Source: a virus
Taxonomy: Duplodnaviria; Caudoviricetes
IMG/VR virus record: IMGVR_UViG_3300020204_000079
Coordinates: 1 to 56,367 of that record
Strand: one strand, 5' to 3'
Length of the DNA: 56,367 bases
Made by a program: the position numbers and the translations under genes. Within the stretch, counting starts at the first letter, position 1. Each line of letters starts with the position of its first letter. Of the stretch, positions 37,801 through 45,555 are shown piece after piece. Under the pieces are notes generated by a model, which was not told where the DNA came from, searched no databases, and saw only the letters and a program-made list of their open reading frames with translations.

Positions 37801-39984
37801 AGCAGTTTGGGTGTCGGCTCTCCTGGTCGATTAGACCCACGCAATCCGTTTGTCCGTATCGCTAAGGGTCGTGAGTCCAGGGCTGGCAACATCGTTGAGA
37901 ACATCCTCAAGGACTACACCGACGCCGTTGTTGTCGCCGAAAAGAACAAGGTCTACCGATTGTTGGGACAGTTTGTCCGCGACAACCCAGACCGCAATCT
38001 CTGGGAAATCAACGCGCCATCAATCAAGCGTTCGTACATTCGCAACCAGCTGCAATCACCGCTCGGTTTTATAAGCGGCGAGGTGCGCATTGCTTTTGAG
38101 ACCAATCAGAACCCGAACGAAACCATCGCCTATCGCGTCAAAGGTCGCCCAGTATTCATTAAGGTTGCAGACCCAGGCATGCTAGATGACCTGAAGATGA
38201 CTGGCGCAATCGGTAGCGGCGATCAGGCGAAGCTGTACTTCAGGGTTTGGGCTGGCGCAATGTCTACACTAGCGAAGGTTCGTACTACTCTGTCCCCTGC
38301 ATTCGTTGCGATTGACGCGGTTAGAAACGCAGAGACCGGCGGGTTCTACAACCTTGTTAAGTACGGTCCATCGCAAGCCATCAAAGCTTATGGAAGACTG
38401 TATCAGGCGGCGCGAGTTGCTTGGAAAGCTGAGCGTGACAACAACTGGACCGGAAGTGCCAACCAGACAGTCACAATCAACCCCCCTGGTCAGCCTTCAC
38501 AAACCTTGACGCTCAAGCAGCTGTACGACATGTATCGTGCAGACGGCGGCAAGGTTGGATACCTGGACATCAAAGAGATCGAAGACATCCAGAAGGATAT
38601 TCAGACTCGATTCAAGGCTGCTCAAGTTGCTGGCTCTTTGAACCCAAAGACATACCTGACCCAAAGCCTGAACGCCCTCAGTAAGGTTGAAGACCTAATG
38701 CTGGATGCGGCTGGCTCAATTGAATCAGCGATGCGCTTTGCAACATACATGACTCGCCTCGAAGCTGGCGCAAACAGAATGGATGCGACCAACGCAGCCA
38801 AGAATGTAACCGTCAACTTTGACGCAAAGGGCAAGTGGACTCCGTACCTGGGGCTAGGGTACATGTTCGCTAACGCCAATATCCAGGGCGCAAAGCAAAC
38901 CACCAGCATCGTCTTTAAGTCTGGCAAGGCTGGCGCAGCCGTGGGCGGTGGGTTAATCGCCCTGGGCTACGGTCTTGCTCAACTTGGTGCGCTGTCGCTG
39001 GGTGATGATGATCAGCCGTATTGGGATAAAGAGGTTTATCGTCAAAGCAAGTTCAAGAGCTTGGTGTTCTTTGATGCGATAGGCAATTCGACAACCGTTC
39101 CGATGGCATACGGTCTGGGCTTTTTTGTAAACATGGGCTACGCACTGAGCGACTTGCAGCGCGGAGTTCCGCTGGCGAAGGTCGGTGCGTTTTTGCGAGA
39201 CAGTTTCTTTACTCACTTCTCGCCGTTTGGTTCAATGGAAAACCTGGCTACGTTCTTCTCACCAACGCTGCTTGATCCGATTGCAGTAGTTGCCATGAAC
39301 AAGACTGAACAGGGCTTACCGTTGATGCCTGACTCAGCCTACGATAAAGGCAAACCCGACAGCGAAAAGTTCTGGACTTCAACTCGCGGCACGATGTTCC
39401 AACAGCTGTCGCAGTACCTGAACGAAGCCACCGGCGGAACTCAGGGCATGAGCGGAGCCGTTGATGTCAGCCCAGAAACCATGCGTTATTGGGTTGGCTG
39501 GTTCACCGGCGGTGTGGGTGGCGCAATCCGAGATGCGGCGGAAAGCATTTATTTAACATCAGAGATTGGCGCTGATGCTGCTTTCGAGAAGAACAAGGTG
39601 CCGATCCTCAAGGCGTTCTACCAATCCAACACCGGCAAGGCTGATCAGATCGAGTTCTATCGGAACGCTGAGAAGGCGGAGCGCGCGATCAATGAATGGA
39701 AGCTCTTGTACGGTACAGAGCAAGCGAAGAAGCCAGAGGTTGCTGACCGACTTCGTGAAGAGCGCAAGCTACAGGCACTTGGCGCTGCTGTTGATGACTA
39801 CAAGAAAGCTTTGTCTGGTTTGCGCAGACAAGAAGTTGATGTAATTGACAAGCGCACCTCTGGTCGATACGACGCAGCTGAAGCCGAAGCCAAGCTAAAG
39901 AACATCGCCGAGGACAAGGCAAGACTGTACAAGCGCTTTAACAAAGCCTTTTACAAAGCTGACCCCAACACACCCGGCAACTAA
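31801..39984 (+). CDS. Giant polyvalent internal virion protein (metallopeptidase-like, RelA/SpoT-like, glycosylase-like, MuF-C-like and LPD38-like domains)
   Basis: 2727 aa; HELTH, GYRD..ELQ, MDLWWSR, NPVAII..IASIY, YVPLRG, TVNFD.KG, VSPE...W.TGGVG motifs. Confidence 0.85.
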   Translation: MSYSFVDSITNPGGSSEATARRAEAIRDRIEDQDRARMGGYNFVDNISEIQQPQALLRASAIPNDVEQPQEVKTRNPFKQVIPRSQEVVGNLAEGYTRVAKPFGVIDQTISKASPFLGSLNLLRRTMQGQEGLEQEKRGLDELQAWAQTQKDVTKDVGYAPTKQLGDLATNPLNVVPFVAERVITSLPDMAAAVVAPKAYIAARTNELLNERLKNDNKTLEQATFADVAAAATGAVIETTLERFATKSLLKGGVGQGSSVGGRIGRATALQSGTEGLEEGAANLAATLGTERGVDLKELGAQMLEGAIVGGGLGATVQSGKEAYVKATPQKDADRRFAALASAIDQDVNQTTFAQSGMDAQARMALDPSLTQEQRREVSNVRLQDLADIAAAEREADASGTTTAVINSQTGNEPDKNVVGSSPGEPINNLSTSPAAVNLSTTGDAATDVVAQSEQKFLDDLDLASQQQKQAVEQPETLAVALNGIAADLQLQPNETLNVTEVTTDKRLNKFAEALSQAFGVNVHWVDFGEQGMTTSTGRNLGGFNGYRLDNTILVSPNADFMDTTWHELTHTLETKYPEIYARLRDIIVSTADPVVKQRLYDALNTRRMQEVGQPMSAAQLESELVAVVVGQQSTDPALLGQLFDSFQDKTLAQQFRDVLTEILDRLSAALRGPQYIKDRQRVNQARDAIKTAFAEYQKREAARVGGTAQTAVATGQQTIAVATQPATQTVAQPAAPITQTAAPPVKPEKQGKFSREELLGALVNGDAISVTDLIAHPDIFAVYQQTRAVLRRAPPVKKVFDDRAKVLADREGMTLKSGPIKSFDRSFSKIWFDYSGDHTKIGDVVRSTLVVNDLRDLQDMIKATTSFFDGVSIKRNGWDPNAPVHPSGYRDVFFRGASFLNFSVELQMNFAPMMEAKEIAHGFYKIEDQLRRDILSQDKPMSPGDISAAQDQIRELQLKQFQLYSVAAQRVFDGANAPRQAASVIGTPSDVQVDKPNERGATSPVPGLSSQADNVPSGARVTGTPITSKKVVPSGNEAGISISLPPVTIPNSNIPQQVDTVQEQTDAPKKGVSQYSRSTVLLMQMSDADARRAIGMDAKSNKVRDVGAALNAKTLKEDGEISDKNTTEEAMKEIADILVGEISYQLGTSADTGTGLGWYSANYPNAVKRLARVYPELDEDAGARNVFTAIVAITSNGEKVSTNISNALKIYDGFRDGGALQPVGTRRGSMSATLDRLQALIDQFGMDGFSDHLLEELTVGQINASLRAAGKKANSSYTADTVMPRAALYFGPKLGAFYANLMGSEGYLTMDLWWSRTFNRIRGTLIPEPTKSSVESVRQLLGLPENVDDEVVALSAIPYQESYKQKKYKGGTELEKKANTLVKTTFLELNEAPFRASDRSFMIGTTLMAQEKLSDNGVKLTLADIQAALWYYEKRLYAKLTGRKTDDIGYEEAIIAAAEGDRPQRSPARFNRGGTGGTVGTTVGRDVATDVPVNQPEARTEPTEVETVGQYSRPLVLDAINGKATAPDLFIINENPRVLTAVGAPEEPLVISKRTVMKVSNPEGAGKFTEDFRGYNSAGFQVQRAKRIALTVDELRSVPRMIGNPVAIIKVMPNAQLNRRESYKVVLDMVKEGNPVIAIVQPGVPQRSKETGVTMRASEIASIYPVNQESSLRETNSEIAAQQLLYFNKGKATVLASKIGSKLSALTSGATGLRSKKPGDFRSLEYDLHPKSNFSRSMAEDIALQEEFLIERAKESGFENVDAWIDADYNGFVKSAAEWRSQNPVNEGFFSRRVALQGNKFTLPARTVREKYLENLFQNRMSRVEDIQQAVQQQGGTLDIKDSAGNVLGSTDITAASQRMRGAVRGRLDRFKKEVEIPLIEDAAKAGVDLDEAAQYLYAMYAPERNLIIQTRNPSQFPTDGGSGMTNAEAAKIVADFRKRADFPVFQAIAKRFQDITNMTQSILVNEGLVDAATVNQWKAENPNYVPLRGFESVDEETGSSLGVGSPGRLDPRNPFVRIAKGRESRAGNIVENILKDYTDAVVVAEKNKVYRLLGQFVRDNPDRNLWEINAPSIKRSYIRNQLQSPLGFISGEVRIAFETNQNPNETIAYRVKGRPVFIKVADPGMLDDLKMTGAIGSGDQAKLYFRVWAGAMSTLAKVRTTLSPAFVAIDAVRNAETGGFYNLVKYGPSQAIKAYGRLYQAARVAWKAERDNNWTGSANQTVTINPPGQPSQTLTLKQLYDMYRADGGKVGYLDIKEIEDIQKDIQTRFKAAQVAGSLNPKTYLTQSLNALSKVEDLMLDAAGSIESAMRFATYMTRLEAGANRMDATNAAKNVTVNFDAKGKWTPYLGLGYMFANANIQGAKQTTSIVFKSGKAGAAVGGGLIALGYGLAQLGALSLGDDDQPYWDKEVYRQSKFKSLVFFDAIGNSTTVPMAYGLGFFVNMGYALSDLQRGVPLAKVGAFLRDSFFTHFSPFGSMENLATFFSPTLLDPIAVVAMNKTEQGLPLMPDSAYDKGKPDSEKFWTSTRGTMFQQLSQYLNEATGGTQGMSGAVDVSPETMRYWVGWFTGGVGGAIRDAAESIYLTSEIGADAAFEKNKVPILKAFYQSNTGKADQIEFYRNAEKAERAINEWKLLYGTEQAKKPEVADRLREERKLQALGAAVDDYKKALSGLRRQEVDVIDKRTSGRYDAAEAEAKLKNIAEDKARLYKRFNKAFYKADPNTPGN
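34201..34620 (+). other. RelA/SpoT synthetase-like domain within the giant protein
   Basis: PIKSFDRSFSK, GDVVRST, SGYRDV, VELQM, AHGFYK in canonical order. Confidence 0.75.
34707..34928 (-). CDS. Nested antisense small protein, 73 aa (MEIPASFPEGTTFFEV...), candidate immunity protein
   Basis: AGGAGGT 6 nt upstream of ATG; own promoter; globular-looking sequence opposite an S/P/T-rich linker. Confidence 0.75.
   Translation of the reverse strand: MEIPASFPEGTTFFEVMGVPVTRAPDGTLSAWDDNPGTGEVAPRSFGLSTWTSEGVPMTEAAWRGAFAPSKTR
34960..34989 (-). promoter_or_regulatory. Sigma70-type promoter for the nested antisense gene
   Basis: TTGCAC-18-TATATT with extended -10 TG, in a locally AT-rich patch of a coding region. 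Confidence 0.65.
36140..36319 (+). CDS. Overprinted +1-frame ORF, 59 aa (MTSDTKK...DPLHDLIEGELAGL...)
   Basis: Translated by hand; GGAAGG upstream; spans the R/G/T-rich linker after the glycosylase-like domain. Confidence 0.45.
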   Translation: MTSDTKKQSSPQQRVIDPSDPLHDLIEGELAGLSGQQSVEMLQQMFPSTSQKPEPNQQK

Positions 39985-40053
39985 CAGTTACTGCATCAAC
40001 TCTGTGGGTCAACGAATGCTGCAAGCATTTGATTTACAGAGCATGATGTAGTA

Positions 40054-40098
40054 CTGTCACGCCGGGGGTCGCGGGTTCGAGTCCCGTCCACTCCGCCA
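40054..40098 (+). other. attP core: 3' half of tRNA-Asp(GTC)
   Basis: Anticodon loop CTGTCAC, T-arm GCGGG-TTCGAGT-CCCGT, acceptor strand ending GCCA; no 5' half; adjacent to the integrase. Confidence 0.9.
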
Positions 40099-40105
40099 AC
40101 TTCTC

Positions 40106-40135
40106 AGAGGGGACTTCGGTTCCCTCTTCTTTTTT
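40106..40135 (+). terminator. Rho-independent terminator after the attP/tRNA fragment
   Basis: AGAGGGGAC-TTCG-GTTCCCTCT followed by a T run. Confidence 0.85.
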
Positions 40136-40143
40136 GTGGGCTG

Positions 40144-41169
40144 TTACTGTGGGTTAGAAGCGCCCACGTTCCCCACATTTTGCGCACAGCCACCCACAGC
40201 TGTTGGCATGCTGTTGTTGGCGTACTGTCTGGAGCCTTCAGCCGACAGGTGAGCGTACCTGTTGACCATCTCCAGGGTTTGCCAACCGCCCAGCGCCTTG
40301 AGTGTGAGCAGCGGTGTGCCGTTCATGGCGTGATAGCTGGCGAAGGTGTGACGGAGGTCGTGCCACCTGAAGTTAGAGATGCCAGCCCTGCCCAGTGCTT
40401 TCTTCCAGGCTGCTGTGTTTGTGTTCTGTACTGGGTAGCCGCAGTATGTGAACACATGTGTAGCGCTTTGGTTTCTTTCACCTTCAAGAATCTGGATCGC
40501 TCTATCCCCTAGAGGGATGCCGTGATTTCGACCCGACTTGTACTCAGTCGATTCAATCCACAGCAAACGACGCTGCATGTCAACCCGGTCCCACCGAAGT
40601 CCAGTCACATTGGACATCCGAAGACCTGTCAATACGCTGAACTCAGCCATCACCCGCAAGTGGTGCGGCAGTTCACGCATCAACCTGGACAGTTCATCCT
40701 CAGATAGAAACCGCAGACGCGCTTTGGGCGCGGGGTAGGTCTTCATCTTGACGGGCGACACATCCATCCATCCCCATTCGACCGACTTATTAAAGAGCGC
40801 CTTCACGAACTTTAGGTAGTGGTTTGCATTTGAGTCCGTAGTCTCAATACGCTTTTGCTCCACTGCCTTGCGAACATCGCCATCAGTGATCGTCGAGAAC
40901 ACTCGACCAGACCAGTGCTGATCAAGCCATCGCGCAATCGATACGTCACGGTCCAGCGACCGCTTGTCTGTGCGCTCAGCAAACCACCGCTTAGTGGCGT
41001 CGTCCCAAGTTAGAGGTTTGGCTTGACCCCTTGTGATTTCAGCCAAACGTCTGTCGTGGTACGCCTTTGCTGTTAACTGGTTACCAGACCCAGTTGATTC
41101 ACGATGTCTGGTGCCATCTGGACCGCGCACTTCAATCCAGTAAATGCTGCCGCGCTTGTAAATACTCAT
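40144..41169 (-). CDS. int: Tyrosine integrase
   Basis: TGLR, HDLRHT, LGGW, RYAH catalytic motifs. Confidence 0.95.
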   Translation of the reverse strand: MSIYKRGSIYWIEVRGPDGTRHRESTGSGNQLTAKAYHDRRLAEITRGQAKPLTWDDATKRWFAERTDKRSLDRDVSIARWLDQHWSGRVFSTITDGDVRKAVEQKRIETTDSNANHYLKFVKALFNKSVEWGWMDVSPVKMKTYPAPKARLRFLSEDELSRLMRELPHHLRVMAEFSVLTGLRMSNVTGLRWDRVDMQRRLLWIESTEYKSGRNHGIPLGDRAIQILEGERNQSATHVFTYCGYPVQNTNTAAWKKALGRAGISNFRWHDLRHTFASYHAMNGTPLLTLKALGGWQTLEMVNRYAHLSAEGSRQYANNSMPTAVGGCAQNVGNVGASNPQ

Positions 41170-41217
41170 GTTAAGTCTCCTATTGCAGCAGCATTCGCAG
41201 ACCCGGACAGAACTTTA

Positions 41218-41430
41218 TCATTTGATATTGCTGTCAGTCAAAGTGTGATCATAAATGTGCTTGAATTTTGTTTCAGTTGGCGGCACCCATCCAAACTTGC
41301 GCCAAGTTTTTTGAACGTCAGAGCCGCGCGCCCACTTAAATTCTGGATCAAAAATATGTGGTGGTTTATTTTCTTCTTCGACTTTGTTGCTTACAACAGC
41401 TAATTTCGTTTTCGTTTTAGAGATTGCCAT
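41218..41430 (-). CDS. Hypothetical protein
   Basis: GAGGG RBS; DVQKTWRKFGWVPP. Confidence 0.65.
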   Translation of the reverse strand: MAISKTKTKLAVVSNKVEEENKPPHIFDPEFKWARGSDVQKTWRKFGWVPPTETKFKHIYDHTLTDSNIK

Positions 41431-41770
41431 GATTTTTTCCCTCCAAGTGTTGAATTAAACGGTGTATGTACCAGTGTGCTTTTTTGTAGTCCTGAAGTGC
41501 ATCATCTTTATGACCAACACGACTTAAATACTTGATAGCTGTTAAACGCAAGTGACCCGTAAATTCTTCAGTAGTTGATTTGGCGCGCATGAAGTCAATC
41601 GTTTCAATTCCACCAACTTTGTAATGACTTGGGTTGATTGGGTCTTTGATCTGGCTCTGCTTTCCAAGTGCTTCCCACGCCTCATCTTCTTCAATGGTTG
41701 GTTTATCTCCTTCCTTGATAAAGCGATTCATCGCATCTCCGATTGTTGGGCTTGTTGAAAGACGGGGCAA
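41417..41770 (-). CDS. DUF3310-like protein
   Basis: INPSHYKVGGIETIDF, KY..R.GHK, D.KKA.WY; true start uncertain. Confidence 0.8.
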   Translation of the reverse strand: MPRLSTSPTIGDAMNRFIKEGDKPTIEEDEAWEALGKQSQIKDPINPSHYKVGGIETIDFMRAKSTTEEFTGHLRLTAIKYLSRVGHKDDALQDYKKAHWYIHRLIQHLEGKNHGNL

Positions 41771-42567
41771 CCGTGCGCGACGTTGCAGTAACTGGTGCAG
41801 CGCCGATACTCGCCGGGTCTAAATTCGACAAAGTGGTCTTTGCCGCCAGTCGCTGCCGCAGCCTCAGCTTCATCGCGTGACTCGTAGAGCTTGACTGCCG
41901 TCTTGCGTCCGTTCTTCTTGAGGGCGAAGACAGGGGGCTGCATCCAGCGCTCCTCGTCTGTGCAGGGCGGAGGGGCTGCGTTCTGGTGAGCCTTAACCCG
42001 CTCAAGCATGAACTCCTCCGCCTTGACGATGTCCCACATGGGGATGTCGACCGCGGCAATCGGCAACTGTGGGTACTCGGAATCGCGCTTAGCTTGCGTC
42101 ATCTGGTGATCACGAAGTAAGGCAATGACTCGCAGTGCTTTGACATCCATGCCGTTTCGTAGCGCCAACACGCGAAGCAAGTTCAGCTGTTGCACCCACT
42201 CGACCTTTGGCTCATCACCTTTGACCGACCAGAAGGTCGTGAACTTGTAGTCCATCAGAACGCCATCCTCAAAGAGGTCGTACTGACCGGACACGGTCCA
42301 GTTGTGGAACTGAGCAAAGAGCCTGTTCTCGACATCGGACCCAAGCCTGAGACCGGCTCGCTCCAGGATGCCATGACCAATCTGACCGTAAAGGCTGAAC
42401 AGTCGCTCTGCCACATCCTCAACAGGCTCAACAGTTGTTTTAAGCTGTCGCTGATAGGGTGGGGTGATTAGCTGGGTGACGCTGATGTCGGAGTTGCCCC
42501 GTGTGTAAGGGTCGTTTTGCACCGCGAGGACCACAGCTTGGGGTAGATTAAGCTTATTAGTTAGCAT
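41728..42567 (-). CDS. PD-(D/E)XK exonuclease (Cas4-like)
   Basis: SVTQL, G.YD..DYK, QLNL, C-terminal Cys cluster. Confidence 0.8.
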   Translation of the reverse strand: MLTNKLNLPQAVVLAVQNDPYTRGNSDISVTQLITPPYQRQLKTTVEPVEDVAERLFSLYGQIGHGILERAGLRLGSDVENRLFAQFHNWTVSGQYDLFEDGVLMDYKFTTFWSVKGDEPKVEWVQQLNLLRVLALRNGMDVKALRVIALLRDHQMTQAKRDSEYPQLPIAAVDIPMWDIVKAEEFMLERVKAHQNAAPPPCTDEERWMQPPVFALKKNGRKTAVKLYESRDEAEAAAATGGKDHFVEFRPGEYRRCTSYCNVAHGCPVFQQAQQSEMR

Positions 42568-43106
42568 ATGCGTTCTCCAACTTGGACTCCGTAAGGTTCT
42601 TGCGCCGCGGCGATAAGCGCGCTCATGTTCAACAGCTGTTTGGAATGAACAGCCAGCCGCTCGCCATAGCCAAAGTTTTTGACTTCTGATTTCTGAATGA
42701 AGTCCTGGCGGTCGATGATGCCGCGCACGGTGACCGTGGTTTCGTAGTCATCGATGTTGCACAGGATTCCGTAGTGGCAGTACGGGCTGAACGCTTGTTC
42801 ATTGTTGACGTACAGCCAGTCTTTGGTTTGCGGTGAGATGGTCGTTTTGATTTGCAGTCTGCGACCGGCGAAGACAAGGTCTGTTCCCCCGTCCCCGCCA
42901 ACCAACACACGCTCGTCAGGCTCAATGCACAGCATCCGTGCAACAGCTACCTCACCGAAGAATCCTAAGTAAGCAATCCCAAAGTCATCGCGCTTTACAT
43001 CGTGCTTTTTTGTGCGCACATAATGCCGACGCTTTTTGTCTTGCCTAGCAAAGGTGATCCTCTGCACCATCTCAATGTCCCTGTCAGACAGTCTAAGGCG
43101 CCACAT
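42561..43106 (-). CDS. PD-(D/E)XK-like nuclease
   Basis: G.FGEVAV, DGG.DL, QIKT. Confidence 0.65.
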   Translation of the reverse strand: MWRLRLSDRDIEMVQRITFARQDKKRRHYVRTKKHDVKRDDFGIAYLGFFGEVAVARMLCIEPDERVLVGGDGGTDLVFAGRRLQIKTTISPQTKDWLYVNNEQAFSPYCHYGILCNIDDYETTVTVRGIIDRQDFIQKSEVKNFGYGERLAVHSKQLLNMSALIAAAQEPYGVQVGERIC

Positions 43107-43533
43107 TGCGCAGGACTCGCTCTAGTACCCGAGCCACAGACTTTGCTTCTTGGATGGACAAGGTGATGTCCCTGTCTTCCAAGCAGATTGTGATCCGATC
43201 AACTGTTGCCGTTGGATTTTGTTCAACGACCGCGTTGGCGTTCTGCAAAGCCAAAGCCTGTCTTTTACGCTGAGCCTTGGATATTGGTAAGCAGCCAGGG
43301 CGCAGATAGAACCCCTCTAGGTTCATGTTTCGAGAGACGTACTGGTACTTGTTGCGCCCACTGTTGTCTTGCTTACGCTTGACTTCTTTGGCGCGAAACA
43401 ACTTGAAAAGCGACAGGCTTACCGCCTCAATGCTTTTGCCAAGCGTCATCGAAATTTCACTACTGCTGACTGGATTCGGCGAAGCCTGAATCACTGACAG
43501 CACCTGGGATCGCAATTCTTTTTCAGTGGACAT
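43093..43533 (-). CDS. Winged-helix DNA-binding protein
   Basis: VSSSEIS..LGKS..AVS..L.KL...EVKR. Confidence 0.6.
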   Translation of the reverse strand: MSTEKELRSQVLSVIQASPNPVSSSEISMTLGKSIEAVSLSLFKLFRAKEVKRKQDNSGRNKYQYVSRNMNLEGFYLRPGCLPISKAQRKRQALALQNANAVVEQNPTATVDRITICLEDRDITLSIQEAKSVARVLERVLRNVAP

Positions 43534-43543
43534 GATGTTTCCT

Positions 43544-44143
43544 TCAAAATGGTATGTCTTCGTCGTCTTGGTCGGATGCGCCAGGGTTAGAGCCAACAGC
43601 ATCAAGCTGCTGAAACTCAGGACTTTTTCGGATCAGTTCTTGGTAGTACTTGGGCGTCTTCTCGAAATCAGCAACCGAGTAGTTGTCAAGATCAAAGATG
43701 TGGATTTCGTTGACCATTTTCGGACTGGGCAAGCCCTCCGGCATCGCCATCACCGAAGCCACGTTTGCGTAAGTCCTGTCGTTTTTAGTCGTGTGAACGA
43801 TGTTGAGAAAGCACACCTTGCCGACGAGTTCTCGGCAGTTAAAGCCCTGCTTCTCAACCTCGGTGAATTTCTTGCCGCGCCAAGACTCCAGCATTAAGCA
43901 AAGCCGAGCCTTGTCGTTAAGGCTTACTGTGTACTTCTCGGAGATTTGGAACGGCTTGCCGTTTTCCATGTTCTTGCTGATCTCCCATGTGATGACACAT
44001 TGGTGCGCCCTCTTGGTCTCACCCTTGACGTTAAACGTCTGGGTACCCAGGTCTATCACCCGGTAGCACCGCGCCGCAAACGCTCCGGCTGGTGCAATTT
44101 CATACGAACTTTCGACAGCTTTGTCACGCGCTATAAGTCCCAT
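43544..44143 (-). CDS. Putative phage ssDNA-binding / replication protein
   Basis: ARCYRVIDLGTQ, YTVSL.DKA.L..LESWRG, acidic C-terminal DEDIPF. Confidence 0.8.
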   Translation of the reverse strand: MGLIARDKAVESSYEIAPAGAFAARCYRVIDLGTQTFNVKGETKRAHQCVITWEISKNMENGKPFQISEKYTVSLNDKARLCLMLESWRGKKFTEVEKQGFNCRELVGKVCFLNIVHTTKNDRTYANVASVMAMPEGLPSPKMVNEIHIFDLDNYSVADFEKTPKYYQELIRKSPEFQQLDAVGSNPGASDQDDEDIPF

Positions 44144-44288
44144 GTTAGTCTTCCTTTCAGTGTGATTGATTACTAGACGGTATTGTTGTTCGCAACAAAG
44201 CTGCTCAGCTTGCTGCACTTGCACGAACCACGCTTGACCACCGTCCTCATCGTCTTGCGGGTCGTAGGCTTCTTTATCCATAGAGCAG

Positions 44289-44332
44289 AGCTTAGCTAAG
44301 AAAAAACGACCTGTCAATACCTTCTGGTATTG
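44289..44332 (-). promoter_or_regulatory. Leftward promoter overlapped by an operator
   Basis: TTGACA-17-TAAGCT; CAATACC-N4-GGTATTG at 44315-44332. Confidence 0.7.
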
Positions 44333-44429
44333 TCTATACGATCTGTTGCGAAGTGATCGCTGCAGCCATACAGTCGGGGTGCGGGGTTCTGTCTCCTTCC
44401 TCCGCCAACGCTTTTGCGTTGCCATTTTG

Positions 44430-44457
44430 AGGGGTGCCTTGCGCACCCCTTTTTTTC
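44430..44457 (+). terminator. Terminator-like hairpin
   Basis: AGGGGTGC-CTTGC-GCACCCCT followed by a T run on the + strand. Confidence 0.6.
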
Positions 44458-44463
44458 GGCGGC

Positions 44464-45114
44464 TTAGACCACCTGAGACCTTGCGTAGCAGAAGACCTTG
44501 CCCACTACCGCAGGAACAACTGAGAACAGCTGTTGCTCTGGCAGTACAACAGGCTCAAACATTCGGTCGTCCTTGCTCAGGCGGATGTTGGAGCCAATCC
44601 TCTGCACCCTGCGCACCTCGGTTCTTTCGCTGAAGCGCATGATGTAAAGACCGTCGCCCTCAATAGACTTGATGCCCAGGTCAATGTAGAGACAGTCCTC
44701 TGGAACGATGGTCGGCTGCATCCCAGCATCTTCAAACACCGAGGCTACGATGTTCTTAGTGGCTGTCACCCGGCTGAACCTTGGGTATGCTGTTGGCAGC
44801 ACCATAAAGTAGTCGTAACGCTCTGGTGCAACGTCAGGAATTTGGCTGTAGTCCACAATGGGAATGGTCAGCACACGCTTGACCCCGACGCCGCGGGGCG
44901 TGTCGAGCCAGCCCCTGCTAATACCAAGCCGCTGCTCGATGTCCCGTGCCAGCTTCTCGCCGAAGCCCCGCCTGTAGTCTTCGTTCTCTGTCAGCACCAG
45001 GTTGATAAGGTTTGGGTTCTTGCCAGTAGCACGGCAGAATGCCGCGCGGTTGCCCTTGTAATGGTCTTTGATGTAGGTAACTAGGTTAATTCGTCTCGAC
45101 TGCTGTAAGTCCAC
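44464..45114 (-). CDS. cI: CI-like repressor (HTH plus S24-like domain)
   Basis: RGFGEKLARDIE..LG...GWLD; S24-like C-domain; divergent from a cro-like gene. Confidence 0.8.
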   Translation of the reverse strand: MDLQQSRRINLVTYIKDHYKGNRAAFCRATGKNPNLINLVLTENEDYRRGFGEKLARDIEQRLGISRGWLDTPRGVGVKRVLTIPIVDYSQIPDVAPERYDYFMVLPTAYPRFSRVTATKNIVASVFEDAGMQPTIVPEDCLYIDLGIKSIEGDGLYIMRFSERTEVRRVQRIGSNIRLSKDDRMFEPVVLPEQQLFSVVPAVVGKVFCYARSQVV

Positions 45115-45152
45115 TGAGATCGCTCCCTAAAATGACTTGTACGTTACAAGTT

Positions 45153-45236
45153 AGTAATACCATAAAGCATTGCTGATTGCAAGAGTGACGTGCTTGTCAG
45201 CGCAAAAGAATTAGGGCACACTACCGCATGGTATTG
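45153..45236. promoter_or_regulatory. Divergent cI/cro promoters with two operators
   Basis: + strand TTGTCA-17-CACACT; - strand TTGCAA-17-TATTAC; operators at 45155-45172 and 45219-45236. Confidence 0.6.
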
Positions 45237-45252
45237 TTAACAGGGGTACAGC

Positions 45253-45555
45253 ATGAACACAGAAGCAGCAGACATCCAAGTGGCAGACGACATCGGTGAC
45301 AACTCGCCGCACAAGATTTTCATCCGCAGCTTGTCGCATGTGGAGCGCGACCGTCTCGGCGCAATAGCTGGAGTCAGCGGTGCTTACATCACGACGCTTG
45401 TGTACCGGAAGGCAAGCACTTGTAGCTTGCCCATTGCGGTTGCAATTGATCAATTTTCCAAAGGCAAGTACGATTTCCGCGAGCTTGTGCAACAGGATCG
45501 GTCAGTCGACTGGAACTACGTTCGTAACAAACTGAACGAATCGCCAACGGCATAA
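45253..45555 (+). CDS. Cro-like regulator
   Basis: LGAIAGVSGAYI HTH, AVAIDQFS.G; divergent from cI. Confidence 0.75.
   Translation: MNTEAADIQVADDIGDNSPHKIFIRSLSHVERDRLGAIAGVSGAYITTLVYRKASTCSLPIAVAIDQFSKGKYDFRELVQQDRSVDWNYVRNKLNESPTA

Noticed and set aside
40054-40098. Complete tRNA-Asp gene
   Set aside because: The 5' acceptor strand and D-arm are absent; only the att core is present
41728-42567. Cas4 / CRISPR system
   Set aside because: No repeat-spacer array or other cas genes seen; a solo phage exonuclease explains it
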